The notes under the pieces are model-generated. The model worked only from the letters and a program-made list of their open reading frames with translations. It was not told where the DNA came from and did no database searches. A DNA stretch of 64,000 bases from Thalassobaculaceae bacterium (GTDB lineage: Bacteria > Pseudomonadota > Alphaproteobacteria > Thalassobaculales > Thalassobaculaceae): positions 788,616 through 852,615 of the forward strand of contig OZ245843.1 of assembly GCA_965228875.1 (NCBI GenBank), given 5' to 3'. The position numbers and the translations under genes are program-made. This document shows, piece by piece, positions 1 to 9,183 of the stretch; within the stretch, counting starts at the first letter, position 1; the number at the start of each line of letters is the position of its first letter.

Positions 1-136
1 GGGTTCCGCAAGGATGTCTTTTACTATCATGGCGAGCCAAGATACTGTAATTCAATATACTTTCGGTCCGCTTGCCGGTCAAGGTGTGTGGGTAGGGCCT
101 CGTTCACGGGGTGCTAAAGCGGACCGGAGCGAGCCG

Positions 137-2563
137 TCATGCGCCCGGGATCTGCCGCATCCGGTCGCCCTTCGGGTCGAAGGCCGCGTGCTCGAGTGTC
201 CGGGCGGCGTGCCGGACGCCGGCGATGTCCACCTCCACCGTTTCGCCGATCGCATCCATGTCGAGCATCGCGATCGCCACCGGCGCACCGACCCGATAGC
301 CGTACGCCGCCGACGTGGTGGCTCCGACGATGGCGCTGTCGAGATAGACCGGCTCGTTGCCGATCGGCCAGGCCTCGCCGTCGAATATCAGGGTCGCGGC
401 CCGCTTCGCCCGGGGAGCGTCGCGCAGGCGTTCGAGAGCGGGCTTGCCGACGAAATCCGAACTCCAGTCGACGGCGAAGCCGAGGCCGAGCTGAAGCGGG
501 TCGGTGTCGGTGTCGATGTCGTGACCGTAGGCGAGGAAGCCCTTCTCGATGCGCATGGAGGTCTGGGCGAACAGGCCAGCCGGCCGCGCCCCATCGGCGG
601 CGAGCGCGGCGTAGATCGCCGATGCGTCCTCGGCCCGACAGGTGATCTCCCATCCCGGCTCGCCCACGTAGGAGAGACGGGCGGCCCTGACGGGTCGGCC
701 GGCGACCGCGCTCTCACCGTGCGCGAAGTATCCGAGTGCGTTCAGGTCGTCGGCGCCGACGGCTGTGGCGATCCGTGCGGAGTCGGGTCCCATTAGAGCG
801 ATGACCGCATAGGCTTCCGTCTCGTCGCGGATCTCGACCCGCTCGTCCTCCCGCAGATGGCGGCGAAGCCACGCCATGTCGCGGCGGATCGCCGAACTGC
901 CGACGTAGAGGCGGTAGCTGTCGGGTGTCAGGCGCAGGGCGGTGAGGTCGCTCTCCAATCCGCCACGGGGGTTCAGCATGGCAGTGTAGATCGCGCGGCC
1001 GGGCGCCCGTGTCATGGCGTTGGCGCAGACCCGGTCGAGGAAGACCTCGGCGTCGGGTCCCTCGACGCGGATCTTGCCGAAGGTCGACTGGTCGAAGACC
1101 GCCGCCCCGGTATGCGCGGCGCGAACCTCTTCGCCGACCGCGTCGAACCAGGCGGGCCGGGCGAAGGTCAGCGCCGGGTCGCGGGGGCCGCCGAAATAGA
1201 GCGGACGCTCCCAGCCGTAGACCTGGGCGAAACGCGCGTCGGCGTCCCGCCACTCGCAGTCGAGCGGGGTGCGGCGCAGGTCCCGTGCGGTGCTCATCTG
1301 CCGACCGGGGTAGGTGATCTCGTAGTGCCGGCCCAGGACCTCCGGCACGCGCGCGGCGAGGGCGGAGACGGTGTTGAAGCAGTCGGGGAAGCGGGCGGGG
1401 TCGGCCTCGTGCAGGTCCATCGGCGTGTGGCCGTGCACCATGGCGTGCGCCAGCGCCATGCCGGCGCCGCCGCTTGTGGCGATGCCGACCGAGTTCATGC
1501 CGCAGCCGAGGAACAGCCCGTCCGTCTCCGCCGTCTCGCCCAGCATGAAGGAACCGTCCGGCGTGAAGCTCTCCGGCCCGTTGAGCAGCATCTTGACCTC
1601 GGCGGTCTCCAGCGCCGGCAGACGGTGAAGCGCGTTCACCATCATCGGTTCGAAATGGTCCCAGTCCTCCGGCAGCAGCTGGAAGGCGAAGTCGTCGCCG
1701 AGCCTGTCCGGGTCGATCGGTTTGCCCATCGGCTCGAAACAGCCGACCAGGAGACCGCCGGAATCGTCGCGGATGTACAGGTGGGCATCGTGATCCGAGA
1801 GCGTCGGAACGTTGCCGACGATGCCGTCGATCGGCCGGGTCAGCAGGTAGAAGTGCTCGCAGGGCCAGGCGGGAACGCCGGCGCCGGCGGTGGCGGCAAG
1901 TTTCCGGCTCCACAGGCCGGTCGTCAGGGCGACCGCCCCGGTCTTCAGTCGTCCGCGCGCGGTCTGCAGGGCGACGACGCGCCCGCCGCGTGTCTCGATA
2001 CCCTCGACGGCCGTGTTCTCGAACACCCGCGCGCCGAGGGCTTTGGCGCCCTTGATGAGGGCGGCGCAGAGGTCGGAGGGGCTGACCCGGCCGTCGTCGG
2101 GCGACCACACGGCGCCGAGGACGTCCTCGGCGTTCATGGCCGGCCAGATGGCCGACGCTTCCTCCTTCGACACGAACCTGGCATCGACGTCGAACAGGTG
2201 CGCGAGCGCTTCCTGGCGGCGGATATGCGTGAGGCGATCCGGCGTGGTGGCGATCGACAGCGAGCCCTTGTTGATCCATCCGGTGGCCTGGCCGGTCTCG
2301 GCCTCCAGCGACGCGTAGAGCCCGATCGAGTAGCGGATGAGGTCGGTGAGATTGCGCGACGACCGCAGCGCGCGAACCTGGGCAGCGGAGTGCCAGGTCG
2401 TCCCGGAGGTCAGCTTGTGCCGCTCGACCAGGACGGCGTCCGCTACACCGAGCCTGGCCAGGTGATAGAGCGTCGAGCAGCCCATGACGCCTCCGCCGAT
2501 CACGACGGCGGAGGCTTCGGTCGGAAACGCGGTATCGGAATCGGGTGAGGCGGCGTCGGTCAT
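137..2563 (-). CDS. GcvT-family FAD-dependent oxidoreductase (sarcosine/dimethylglycine dehydrogenase-like)
   Basis: 808 aa. N-terminal GGGVMG FAD motif, SGTTWHSAA, NGPESFTPDG, GWERP, and a C-terminal GcvT/folate domain (SYVGEPGWEI, SMRIEKG). Confidence 0.92.
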   Translation of the reverse strand: MTDAASPDSDTAFPTEASAVVIGGGVMGCSTLYHLARLGVADAVLVERHKLTSGTTWHSAAQVRALRSSRNLTDLIRYSIGLYASLEAETGQATGWINKGSLSIATTPDRLTHIRRQEALAHLFDVDARFVSKEEASAIWPAMNAEDVLGAVWSPDDGRVSPSDLCAALIKGAKALGARVFENTAVEGIETRGGRVVALQTARGRLKTGAVALTTGLWSRKLAATAGAGVPAWPCEHFYLLTRPIDGIVGNVPTLSDHDAHLYIRDDSGGLLVGCFEPMGKPIDPDRLGDDFAFQLLPEDWDHFEPMMVNALHRLPALETAEVKMLLNGPESFTPDGSFMLGETAETDGLFLGCGMNSVGIATSGGAGMALAHAMVHGHTPMDLHEADPARFPDCFNTVSALAARVPEVLGRHYEITYPGRQMSTARDLRRTPLDCEWRDADARFAQVYGWERPLYFGGPRDPALTFARPAWFDAVGEEVRAAHTGAAVFDQSTFGKIRVEGPDAEVFLDRVCANAMTRAPGRAIYTAMLNPRGGLESDLTALRLTPDSYRLYVGSSAIRRDMAWLRRHLREDERVEIRDETEAYAVIALMGPDSARIATAVGADDLNALGYFAHGESAVAGRPVRAARLSYVGEPGWEITCRAEDASAIYAALAADGARPAGLFAQTSMRIEKGFLAYGHDIDTDTDPLQLGLGFAVDWSSDFVGKPALERLRDAPRAKRAATLIFDGEAWPIGNEPVYLDSAIVGATTSAAYGYRVGAPVAIAMLDMDAIGETVEVDIAGVRHAARTLEHAAFDPKGDRMRQIPGA

Positions 2564-3423
2564 CGGTCGTCTTTCCAGTAGAAGGCGGCAGCGTTCAGGG
2601 CGGTCTCGAAGCGCGACACCGACTCCACTCCCGGCCGTCCCAGGCGGATGGCGAGCGCCGCACTCAGGACTTCCAGGGTCGCGGTCAGGGCGATCGTCGA
2701 CGGGAAGTAGTGATGATTGCGGGTGTCGACGTTCAGCACCAGGTCGGCCCCTCGGGCGATCGGCGCCAGCGGGCCGTCGGTCACAGACACGACCCTGAGC
2801 CCCGATGCCTGCGCATGGCGTGCCGCCTCGACCGTCGCCCGTGCGTAGGGGGCGGTGCTGACCGCAAGCACGACGTCGCCCGGTCGCGCGGTCGCCAGGC
2901 CGTCGATCAGGCCCTGACCCGGCAGGTTGACCAGTTCGAACGCCGGGTGCGCCATGCGGGCGACGTAGTGGAAGGTTGCCGCTGGGCCATAGGCCGCGCC
3001 GCTGGCCAGGACGAAAGTCCGACGCGCGCCGGCGATCAGGTCAGCGGCCGCTTCGACGATGCCGCCGAAGCCCGGCCTGTTCAGGCGCGACAGACCGTCG
3101 ACCGCCGACCGGGTGACCGCGTCGAGCAGTCCGTCGATGCCGGTCTGTTCGGTCGCCCGGCCCAGTTGGTCGGCCCGCTCCCCGTATCCCGGACCGGTCA
3201 GCGCGTCCTGAAAGACGGCGCGGAACGCGCGGTAGTTCGCGAAGCCGAGACGCCGTGCCAGACGCAGCATCGTCGGCGGCGACACGCCCGCATCCTCGGC
3301 CATGGTGCGCATGGAATGGACCGCCACCGAACCCGGATTCTCCACGACGGCGATGGCGGCGCGCCGCAGTCTCGGACTGAGGCGTGGCAGGTCCGCGGAG
3401 AGGGTCTTGAGCAGGTCGTCCAT
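2560..3423 (-). CDS. MurR/RpiR-family transcriptional regulator
   Basis: HTH 'AEDAGVSPPTMLRLARRLGFANY' followed by a SIS domain (VVSVTDGPLAPIA). Start chosen at ATG 3423. Overlaps the downstream gene by 4 nt. Confidence 0.88.
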   Translation of the reverse strand: MDDLLKTLSADLPRLSPRLRRAAIAVVENPGSVAVHSMRTMAEDAGVSPPTMLRLARRLGFANYRAFRAVFQDALTGPGYGERADQLGRATEQTGIDGLLDAVTRSAVDGLSRLNRPGFGGIVEAAADLIAGARRTFVLASGAAYGPAATFHYVARMAHPAFELVNLPGQGLIDGLATARPGDVVLAVSTAPYARATVEAARHAQASGLRVVSVTDGPLAPIARGADLVLNVDTRNHHYFPSTIALTATLEVLSAALAIRLGRPGVESVSRFETALNAAAFYWKDDR

Positions 3424-3577
3424 GATGCCGGAGTGGTCATTCTGAAACAAATGGTACAAACGGGACGCTAGCCGTAACATGTGGGTTAGGCAATGAATTC
3501 CTGAAACGGATTCGCGGAGATGCCGGCCTTCTTCCGTCGCGATCGGCGGCAACCCTGCCGGCGTTTCCGTAACCGAT

Positions 3578-3606
3578 TGACTCTTGAAACATTTGTTTCC
3601 TAGGCT
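3578..3606 (+). promoter_or_regulatory. Sigma70-like promoter of the ABC operon with a palindromic operator in the spacer
   Basis: TTGACT-N17-TAGGCT. The spacer contains GAAAC-ATTT-GTTTC (3586-3599). A related site TGAAACAAATGGTACA lies at 3443-3458, just upstream of the RpiR gene. Confidence 0.6.
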
Positions 3607-3723
3607 TCGCCGATCCGAGTCATTGAGCCGATGAAGACGGTTAATTTGCGATTCGGTCCGCACACTCCGCCGCAGAATGGGGCTCCGGGGCGGGGCAGGA
3701 TGGAAAATCAGGGAGAACGAGCG

Positions 3724-4554
3724 ATGAAGAAGCTACTCGCGCTGTCGATGGCGACCGTCATGATGTCGTCCAGTGCCGCCTTCGCGGCCGAATGCACCAA
3801 CGAGACCTGGAACAAGGTCATGAGCCGCGGAAAGATGGTCGTCGGCGTCAAGGCCGACTACAAGCCGTGGGGCTTCCGGGACGAGTCCGGCGAGCTCGTC
3901 GGCATGGAGATCGACATGGCCAAGGCCGCCGGCGCCGCCATGGGCGTCGATGTCGAACTGGTCCCGGTCCAGTCGTCCAATCGCATGCAGTTTCTGGAGC
4001 AGGGCAAGATCGACCTGATGATCGCGACCATGTCGGATCGTCCGGACCGGCGGAAGATCGTCGGTATCGTCCAGCCGAACTACTACACGTCCGGCACCAA
4101 CGTGATGGCGCCGAAGGCGCTCGCCCTGAAGTCCTGGGAAGACCTGCGCGACAAGCCGGTCTGCGGCAAGCAGGGCGCGTTCTACAACAAGATCGTGACC
4201 GAGCGGTACGGCGCCAAGGTCGTCGCCTTCACCGGCAACGCCGAGGCGAAGCAGGCCCTGCGCGACAAGAAGTGCATCGCCTGGGTCTATGACGACAGCT
4301 CGATCGGGTCGGATCTGGCGTCCGGCAACTGGGACGACTTCGAGATGCCGCTGAACTCCGAGGACGACAACCCCTGGGGCCTCGCGGTGCCGCTGGGCGA
4401 GGTGAACTGCGTGTTCGGCAACTTCATGTCCGGCATCAGCTACAACTGGCTGCAGTCCGGCCAGCTGCAGGAATGGGAGGCCAAGTGGGGCATCAAGCCG
4501 ACCGCCTTCCTGCAGGCCCAGAAGGCCCGCTTCACGGACTGGCTCGACAAGTAA
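3724..4554 (+). CDS. Polar amino-acid ABC transporter substrate-binding protein
   Basis: Signal peptide MKKLLALS..AFA. Motifs VGVKADYKPWGF and SSNRMQFLEQGKIDLMIATM. RBS GGGAG upstream. Confidence 0.9.
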   Translation: MKKLLALSMATVMMSSSAAFAAECTNETWNKVMSRGKMVVGVKADYKPWGFRDESGELVGMEIDMAKAAGAAMGVDVELVPVQSSNRMQFLEQGKIDLMIATMSDRPDRRKIVGIVQPNYYTSGTNVMAPKALALKSWEDLRDKPVCGKQGAFYNKIVTERYGAKVVAFTGNAEAKQALRDKKCIAWVYDDSSIGSDLASGNWDDFEMPLNSEDDNPWGLAVPLGEVNCVFGNFMSGISYNWLQSGQLQEWEAKWGIKPTAFLQAQKARFTDWLDK

Positions 4555-4608
4555 GACGGGACCGGGGGCGCCCCTGCGGTGCCCCCGACCCTGACGGGGA
4601 ACCGGCCC

Positions 4609-5364
4609 ATGATCGAGTGGATCCGACAGCTCTTCCTGGACCTCTACGCGGTGGCGCCGCGCTGGAATTTCATCTTCTTTCACGACGAGACGCAGTGGAA
4701 CCGCGTCGTCGAGGGATTCTGGGTCACGATCCAGCTCTCGGTCGCCTGCGTGATCTTCAGCGTGATCATCGGGGTGGTGGGCGCCTGGCTCCAGGGCTCG
4801 CCGAACCGGATCGTGCGCAACGTCGTTCAGGGTTACATCCAGTTCTTCCGGAACACCCCGCCCTTCGTTCAGCTTCTTTTCTTCTATTTCGCGCTCGGTC
4901 AGTTCACGCCGACCTACTCGCCGGACGGCTGGCTTGAGATCCCGATCATTTCCAATGTCGGCTGGGCCATCATCTCGCTCAGCTTCTTCGCCGGCGCCTT
5001 CAACGTCGAGATCTTCCGCGCCGGGATCGAGGCGGTGCCGCAGTCGACGCGGGAGGCGTCGGAGGCGCTGGGCTTCAACCGGCTGCAGACCTACATCTAT
5101 GTCGTCCTGCCGCTGGCATTCCGGGTCAGCCTGCCGGCGCTGAACAACAACCTGGTGAACCTGGTCAAGACGACGACCCAGGCCCTGGCGATCGCGGTGC
5201 CGGAGCTGCTCTACCAGTTCCTCGGGATCTGGAACGACTATCCTTCGGCAATGTATCCGTCGCTCACCATGGTCTTCGTCATCTACATAGGTCTGGTCGG
5301 TATTCTGGTTCTCGGAATGCACCGTTGGGAGAAGGCGATGCGCATTCCGGGGTACGGCCAGTGA
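4609..5364 (+). CDS. Amino-acid ABC transporter permease (HisM/GlnP-like)
   Basis: FFRNTP motif, EAA loop 'EIFRAGIEAVP..EASEALG', hydrophobic helices. Confidence 0.9.
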   Translation: MIEWIRQLFLDLYAVAPRWNFIFFHDETQWNRVVEGFWVTIQLSVACVIFSVIIGVVGAWLQGSPNRIVRNVVQGYIQFFRNTPPFVQLLFFYFALGQFTPTYSPDGWLEIPIISNVGWAIISLSFFAGAFNVEIFRAGIEAVPQSTREASEALGFNRLQTYIYVVLPLAFRVSLPALNNNLVNLVKTTTQALAIAVPELLYQFLGIWNDYPSAMYPSLTMVFVIYIGLVGILVLGMHRWEKAMRIPGYGQ

Positions 5365-6260
5365 CGGCGCGACGGGCCGGGGCGATCCCCGGCGTGGACG
5401 GGAGGTCGGCGACCGATCTGCCGGTCCTGCTGCCCTACGACCGTGTTCGGGGGGCGGGGCCGGACGCTTATCTGGTCACCCGCTGGCTGGCGTCGATGCC
5501 GCTGTGGGTTCCGGCCGCGCTCGCGGTGGTCGTGCTGGGCTGGCCGGCGGTGGCGATGGCGGCCTTCACCATGACCGATGCCTACGCGACCCTGTGGCGC
5601 TGGCTCTGGTTCCTGACGACCCACGGGTTTCTCTTCAACGTCCTGATCTCGTTCTTCGCCATGGCGATCGGGACGGTCCTCGGCGCCGCGCTCGGCCTGG
5701 CGCAGATCTCGCTCAATCCGACGATCCGGATCGCCGCCAAGGTGACGACCCAGGTGTTCCGGAACTCGCCCTGGCTCGTGCTGCTCTACATCGTGCTTCT
5801 GGCGTTCCCGTTCGAGATCGTGATCGGCGACGTGATCATCCCGGTGCCGGACTGGATGAAGGCGGTGATCGGCCTCAGCCTGCCGGTCATGGCGAACATC
5901 TCTGAAATCGTGCGCGGGGCGGTGCTGTCGGTTCCGACCGCCCAGTGGGAGGCGTCTGAATCCCTGGCGTTCTCGCGTGCGCAGACACTGTGGCAGATCA
6001 TCCTGCCGCAGTGCTTCAAACGCATGATCCCGCCGTGGATGAACTGGTACGCGATCCTGACGATGGCGACGCCGCTCTGTTCGCTGCTCGGCGTCGAGGA
6101 ACTCATCACGCTGTCGCGCCAGGCGATGGAGTCCGCCGGCAACCAGCCGGAGCTGCTGGTGCCGTTCTACGGCTTCGCGCTGCTGATCTTCTTTGCCTAC
6201 TGCTACCCGATTGCCCGGCTGACGATCCGCCTGGAGCGGCGGTTCGCGGTGAAGCTCTGA
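5361..6260 (+). CDS. Amino-acid ABC transporter permease
   Basis: FRNSP motif and 'EIVRGAVLSVPTAQWEASESL'. GTG start overlaps the previous stop. Confidence 0.88.
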   Translation: MTARRAGAIPGVDGRSATDLPVLLPYDRVRGAGPDAYLVTRWLASMPLWVPAALAVVVLGWPAVAMAAFTMTDAYATLWRWLWFLTTHGFLFNVLISFFAMAIGTVLGAALGLAQISLNPTIRIAAKVTTQVFRNSPWLVLLYIVLLAFPFEIVIGDVIIPVPDWMKAVIGLSLPVMANISEIVRGAVLSVPTAQWEASESLAFSRAQTLWQIILPQCFKRMIPPWMNWYAILTMATPLCSLLGVEELITLSRQAMESAGNQPELLVPFYGFALLIFFAYCYPIARLTIRLERRFAVKL

Positions 6261-6273
6261 TGGAGGGACGAGG

Positions 6274-7032
6274 ATGACGTCATCCGCGGACTGGACGCTC
6301 GACCAGCCGATGATCAGCGCGAAGGACGTTCACAAGTCCTTCGGCGAGGTGGAGGTGCTGAAGGGCATCTCGATGGACGTGATGAAGGGTGAGTGCGTGT
6401 GCGTGATCGGCCCGTCCGGGTCCGGGAAGTCGACCTACATCCGATGCATCAACGCACTGAACGACATTCAGAAAGGTTCGATCACGGTCGAGGGACAGGA
6501 GGTCAACGACCCCAATCTGGACAAGCTGGAACTTCGCAAGAAGGTCGGCATGGTGTTCCAGCAGTACAATCTCTTCCCCCACAAGACCGCCATCGAGAAC
6601 ATCATGATGGCGCCGCTCAAGGTCCTGAAGCAGGACAAGGCGGAGGTCGAGGAGCGCGCCCGGCATCTCATCAGGAAGGTCCGGCTGGAGGGCAAGGAGA
6701 ACAGCTATCCGGGCGAGCTCTCCGGCGGTCAGCAGCAGCGCGTTGCGATCGCCCGCTCGCTCGCCATGCACCCGGACGTCATGCTGTTCGACGAGGTCAC
6801 GGCCGCCCTTGACCCGGAGACCGTGAAGGAGGTGCTCGTCACCATCCGCGAACTGGCGGAGGAGGGCATGACCTGCGTGCTCGTCACCCATGAGATGGGC
6901 TTCGCGCGGGAGGTGGCGAACCACATCTATTTCACCGACCGCGGCATCATCGTCGAGCATGGGCCGCCCGCGACCTTCTTCTCCGAGGCGAAAGACCCCA
7001 GGACCCGGGAGTTTCTCAGCCAGATCCTCTGA
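6274..7032 (+). CDS. Amino-acid ABC transporter ATP-binding protein (GlnQ-like)
   Basis: Walker A GPSGSGKS, LSGGQQQR signature, MLFDEVT, VTHEMGFA. Confidence 0.95.
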   Translation: MTSSADWTLDQPMISAKDVHKSFGEVEVLKGISMDVMKGECVCVIGPSGSGKSTYIRCINALNDIQKGSITVEGQEVNDPNLDKLELRKKVGMVFQQYNLFPHKTAIENIMMAPLKVLKQDKAEVEERARHLIRKVRLEGKENSYPGELSGGQQQRVAIARSLAMHPDVMLFDEVTAALDPETVKEVLVTIRELAEEGMTCVLVTHEMGFAREVANHIYFTDRGIIVEHGPPATFFSEAKDPRTREFLSQIL

Positions 7033-7047
7033 ACGGCCGATACCCTG

Positions 7048-7677
7048 TCACCGTCGGCCGCCCCCGGTCGGCCGCGATCTCGACGTTGCGCCCCATGCGA
7101 CCCGCACGGTGGCGACAACCGTGAGCGTGCAGAGTACCGCTTTCGACAGGGTCTCCATCGTACCCTCGATCAGCAGAGCGTGGACGACGCTGCACAGAAC
7201 GGTCGCCGCGGCCATCGCCGTGTGCGCCGTCCGCCAGGTCCGGGGGCGCAGCGGCAGGCGCCCGCGAAGCGCCGCGAGGAGCGCGGTCGCGACGACCGTC
7301 CACATGGCCACGACCCCCCAGGCGGAGAATGGGGTCGGGGATGCGAACAGGAGGGCGTCCACCACGTCCGGCGGGCTGGTAATCCACAGCGCCGCCACGT
7401 GTATGCAGACGGCGAGAACCAGGGCGACGCCGATGCCTTTGTGCACCTGACGCGACCGTCGGGTGGACAGGCCCGGGAGAAATCCGCCGATCAGCAGCGG
7501 CTGCAGCAGCAGGAAGGCCATGGCGAGGATGCCGGCGAACCCGCCCGCGATGTAGACCGGTTGCCTCCAAGCTAGAAGCGGGCTCGCCGCCGCTGCCAGC
7601 AAGGGCACGACGATCGTCGCGGCGAGAACGGCCCAGACCAGAGTCGCGCGGGCGCGTCGTCCCGGCTCGGACAGCAC
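7048..7677 (-). CDS. Ferric reductase-like transmembrane (MsrQ-like) protein
   Basis: About six hydrophobic helices with paired His residues (QVHKG..CIHVA; WRTAHT..VVHAL), typical of heme-b ferric reductase domains. Confidence 0.7.
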   Translation of the reverse strand: MLSEPGRRARATLVWAVLAATIVVPLLAAAASPLLAWRQPVYIAGGFAGILAMAFLLLQPLLIGGFLPGLSTRRSRQVHKGIGVALVLAVCIHVAALWITSPPDVVDALLFASPTPFSAWGVVAMWTVVATALLAALRGRLPLRPRTWRTAHTAMAAATVLCSVVHALLIEGTMETLSKAVLCTLTVVATVRVAWGATSRSRPTGGGRR

Positions 7678-7682
7678 GCGGA

Positions 7683-8168
7683 TCAGGCCGGCGTCAGGAC
7701 GAAATGCGCCTCGAGGCTGGTGTCGCGCGAGCTGCGCATCACGGGGCGCAGGAACACTGTTTCGAACGCACCGCTGTCATAGGCGAGATGCCCGTGCGGC
7801 TGGCCGAAGGCGGGAACGATCTGCGGCATCTCCATGCGGAACACGCCATTCTCGTCGGTCAGCGTGGCTCCGTGGCTGTGCGGGTCGCGTTCGTGCCCCT
7901 CGGTGGTGTGGGCCCAGATCTGGATTCGCTGCCCGGCGAGCGGTGCGCCGTCTCCGGCCCGGCGGACGGTGCCTGTCATCCAGAAGCCGCCGCCGCCGAT
8001 ACGCTCCACGATCGGCGCGTTGGGAATGTAGTTGTTGGACCCGCCCCGCATCGAAGGGGTCGGAGCCAGGCTTTCCGCCCGGACCGGGCCGACCAGTCCG
8101 GCCGATCCGACCGCCGCGAAGGCGCCGCCGGCGATCAGCGCGCGGCGGGTGAGGAGGGGGGACGTCAT
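7683..8168 (-). CDS. Tat-exported intradiol ring-cleavage dioxygenase-like protein
   Basis: Twin-arginine signal LTRRALIAGG. Motifs 'GTVRRAGDGAPLAGQRIQIWAH', 'TDENGVFRM' and 'PHGH'. RBS GGAG. Confidence 0.7.
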   Translation of the reverse strand: MTSPLLTRRALIAGGAFAAVGSAGLVGPVRAESLAPTPSMRGGSNNYIPNAPIVERIGGGGFWMTGTVRRAGDGAPLAGQRIQIWAHTTEGHERDPHSHGATLTDENGVFRMEMPQIVPAFGQPHGHLAYDSGAFETVFLRPVMRSSRDTSLEAHFVLTPA

Positions 8169-8372
8169 GAGGATCACTCCTGCCTCTGGTGACACGTGGT
8201 GCCGACCGTGACACCTCTGTCGTCCGCGGAGGTGCCGACCGGCCGGGTGCTCGCTTGTCTGAAGTGGGTAGGGCGGAACGGCCGTTAACCTCACCTCACA
8301 GTTTCGTGATCGGCCGGCCTGCCGTGGTACCGGCTGGCGGGGAACCGGTTGCGTCCGTACGATTCCGACTTT

Positions 8373-8391
8373 GTTGCGAATCAGTCTCATT
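8373..8391. promoter_or_regulatory. Putative Fur-type iron box
   Basis: GTTGCGAATCAGTCTCATT upstream of the ECF sigma gene. Resembles three other 19-bp boxes in this window. Confidence 0.6.
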
Positions 8392-8582
8392 ATTGGTTAT
8401 GAAGAGGACGTACGCACACAGCCCGGAAGTGCCCCGATGACGGCGGAGCCGTTGGAGACAGTCTGCGAGACCGATATCGGCCGGCGGCTCGTTGTCCGCG
8501 TGGATCGTCAGGTTGAGGCGCGTGGCAGGGTAAGGTCCAGGCTCCCGCAGCGGGGGCCTGCGATGGACTGCGGCCGGTCCCG

Positions 8583-9113
8583 GTGATCCAGAGTTCCCGT
8601 TTCGATACGCTCTACGCCGCGCACCGGGGCGAGCTGATTGGGTATGCCGGCAGGATCCTCGGCGACCTTGGAAGAGCCGAGGACGTGGTCCAGGAGGCTT
8701 TCATCCGGTTCTCGGCATCGGCCGAATCCACGGTGATCGATGAGCCGCTCGCCTACCTCTACCGCACCGTCCGCAATCTCTGTCTCGACTTGCGACGAGG
8801 GCAGGAACGGGACCGCCGGCGCGACCAACTGCTCTCCAGTGCCCTGGCCGACCTCGACGGCGTTCGCGACACACTGCCGACCCCAGAGGCGTTCGCCGTG
8901 TCGCGCGAGGAACTCCGGCACCTGCAATCCGCGATGTCCGAACTCCCGGAACGCATGCGGCGGGCGCTTGAACTCCATCGCTTCTCGGAAATGTCGGTGA
9001 AGCGGGTCGCATTGGAGCTCGGTGTGTCGGTCGGCACCGCGCACGGCCTGATCGCGCAGGCTCTGAGCCACTGCCGCCAGCGGTTGGAGCGGCCGAGGGG
9101 CGGCGAAGATTGA
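8583..9113 (+). CDS. FecI-like ECF sigma factor
   Basis: Region 2 'AEDVVQEAFIR..AYLYRTVRNL' and region 4 'LPERMRRALELHR..VALELGVSVGT'. Directly upstream of a FecR-like gene. Confidence 0.88.
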   Translation: MIQSSRFDTLYAAHRGELIGYAGRILGDLGRAEDVVQEAFIRFSASAESTVIDEPLAYLYRTVRNLCLDLRRGQERDRRRDQLLSSALADLDGVRDTLPTPEAFAVSREELRHLQSAMSELPERMRRALELHRFSEMSVKRVALELGVSVGTAHGLIAQALSHCRQRLERPRGGED

Positions 9114-9183
9114 ACGAGACGGATCGGCAATCGTCTAAGGAACAGGGCACCGTGGCCGTGGACCGACAGGGGCGGGCGGGGCG

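Noticed and set aside
857..2548. Long antisense or alternate-frame ORFs (e.g. 857-2548+, 3733-5322-, 18955-20619+, 31159-33456-, 57738-59369-, 59550-61463-)
   Set aside because: They shadow well-supported genes, carry no recognisable motifs, and are expected in high-GC DNA.
4556..4595. GC-rich hairpin after the amino-acid binding-protein gene
   Set aside because: Imperfect, single copy and without a U-tract. It is an ordinary intra-operon stem, not a repeat family.
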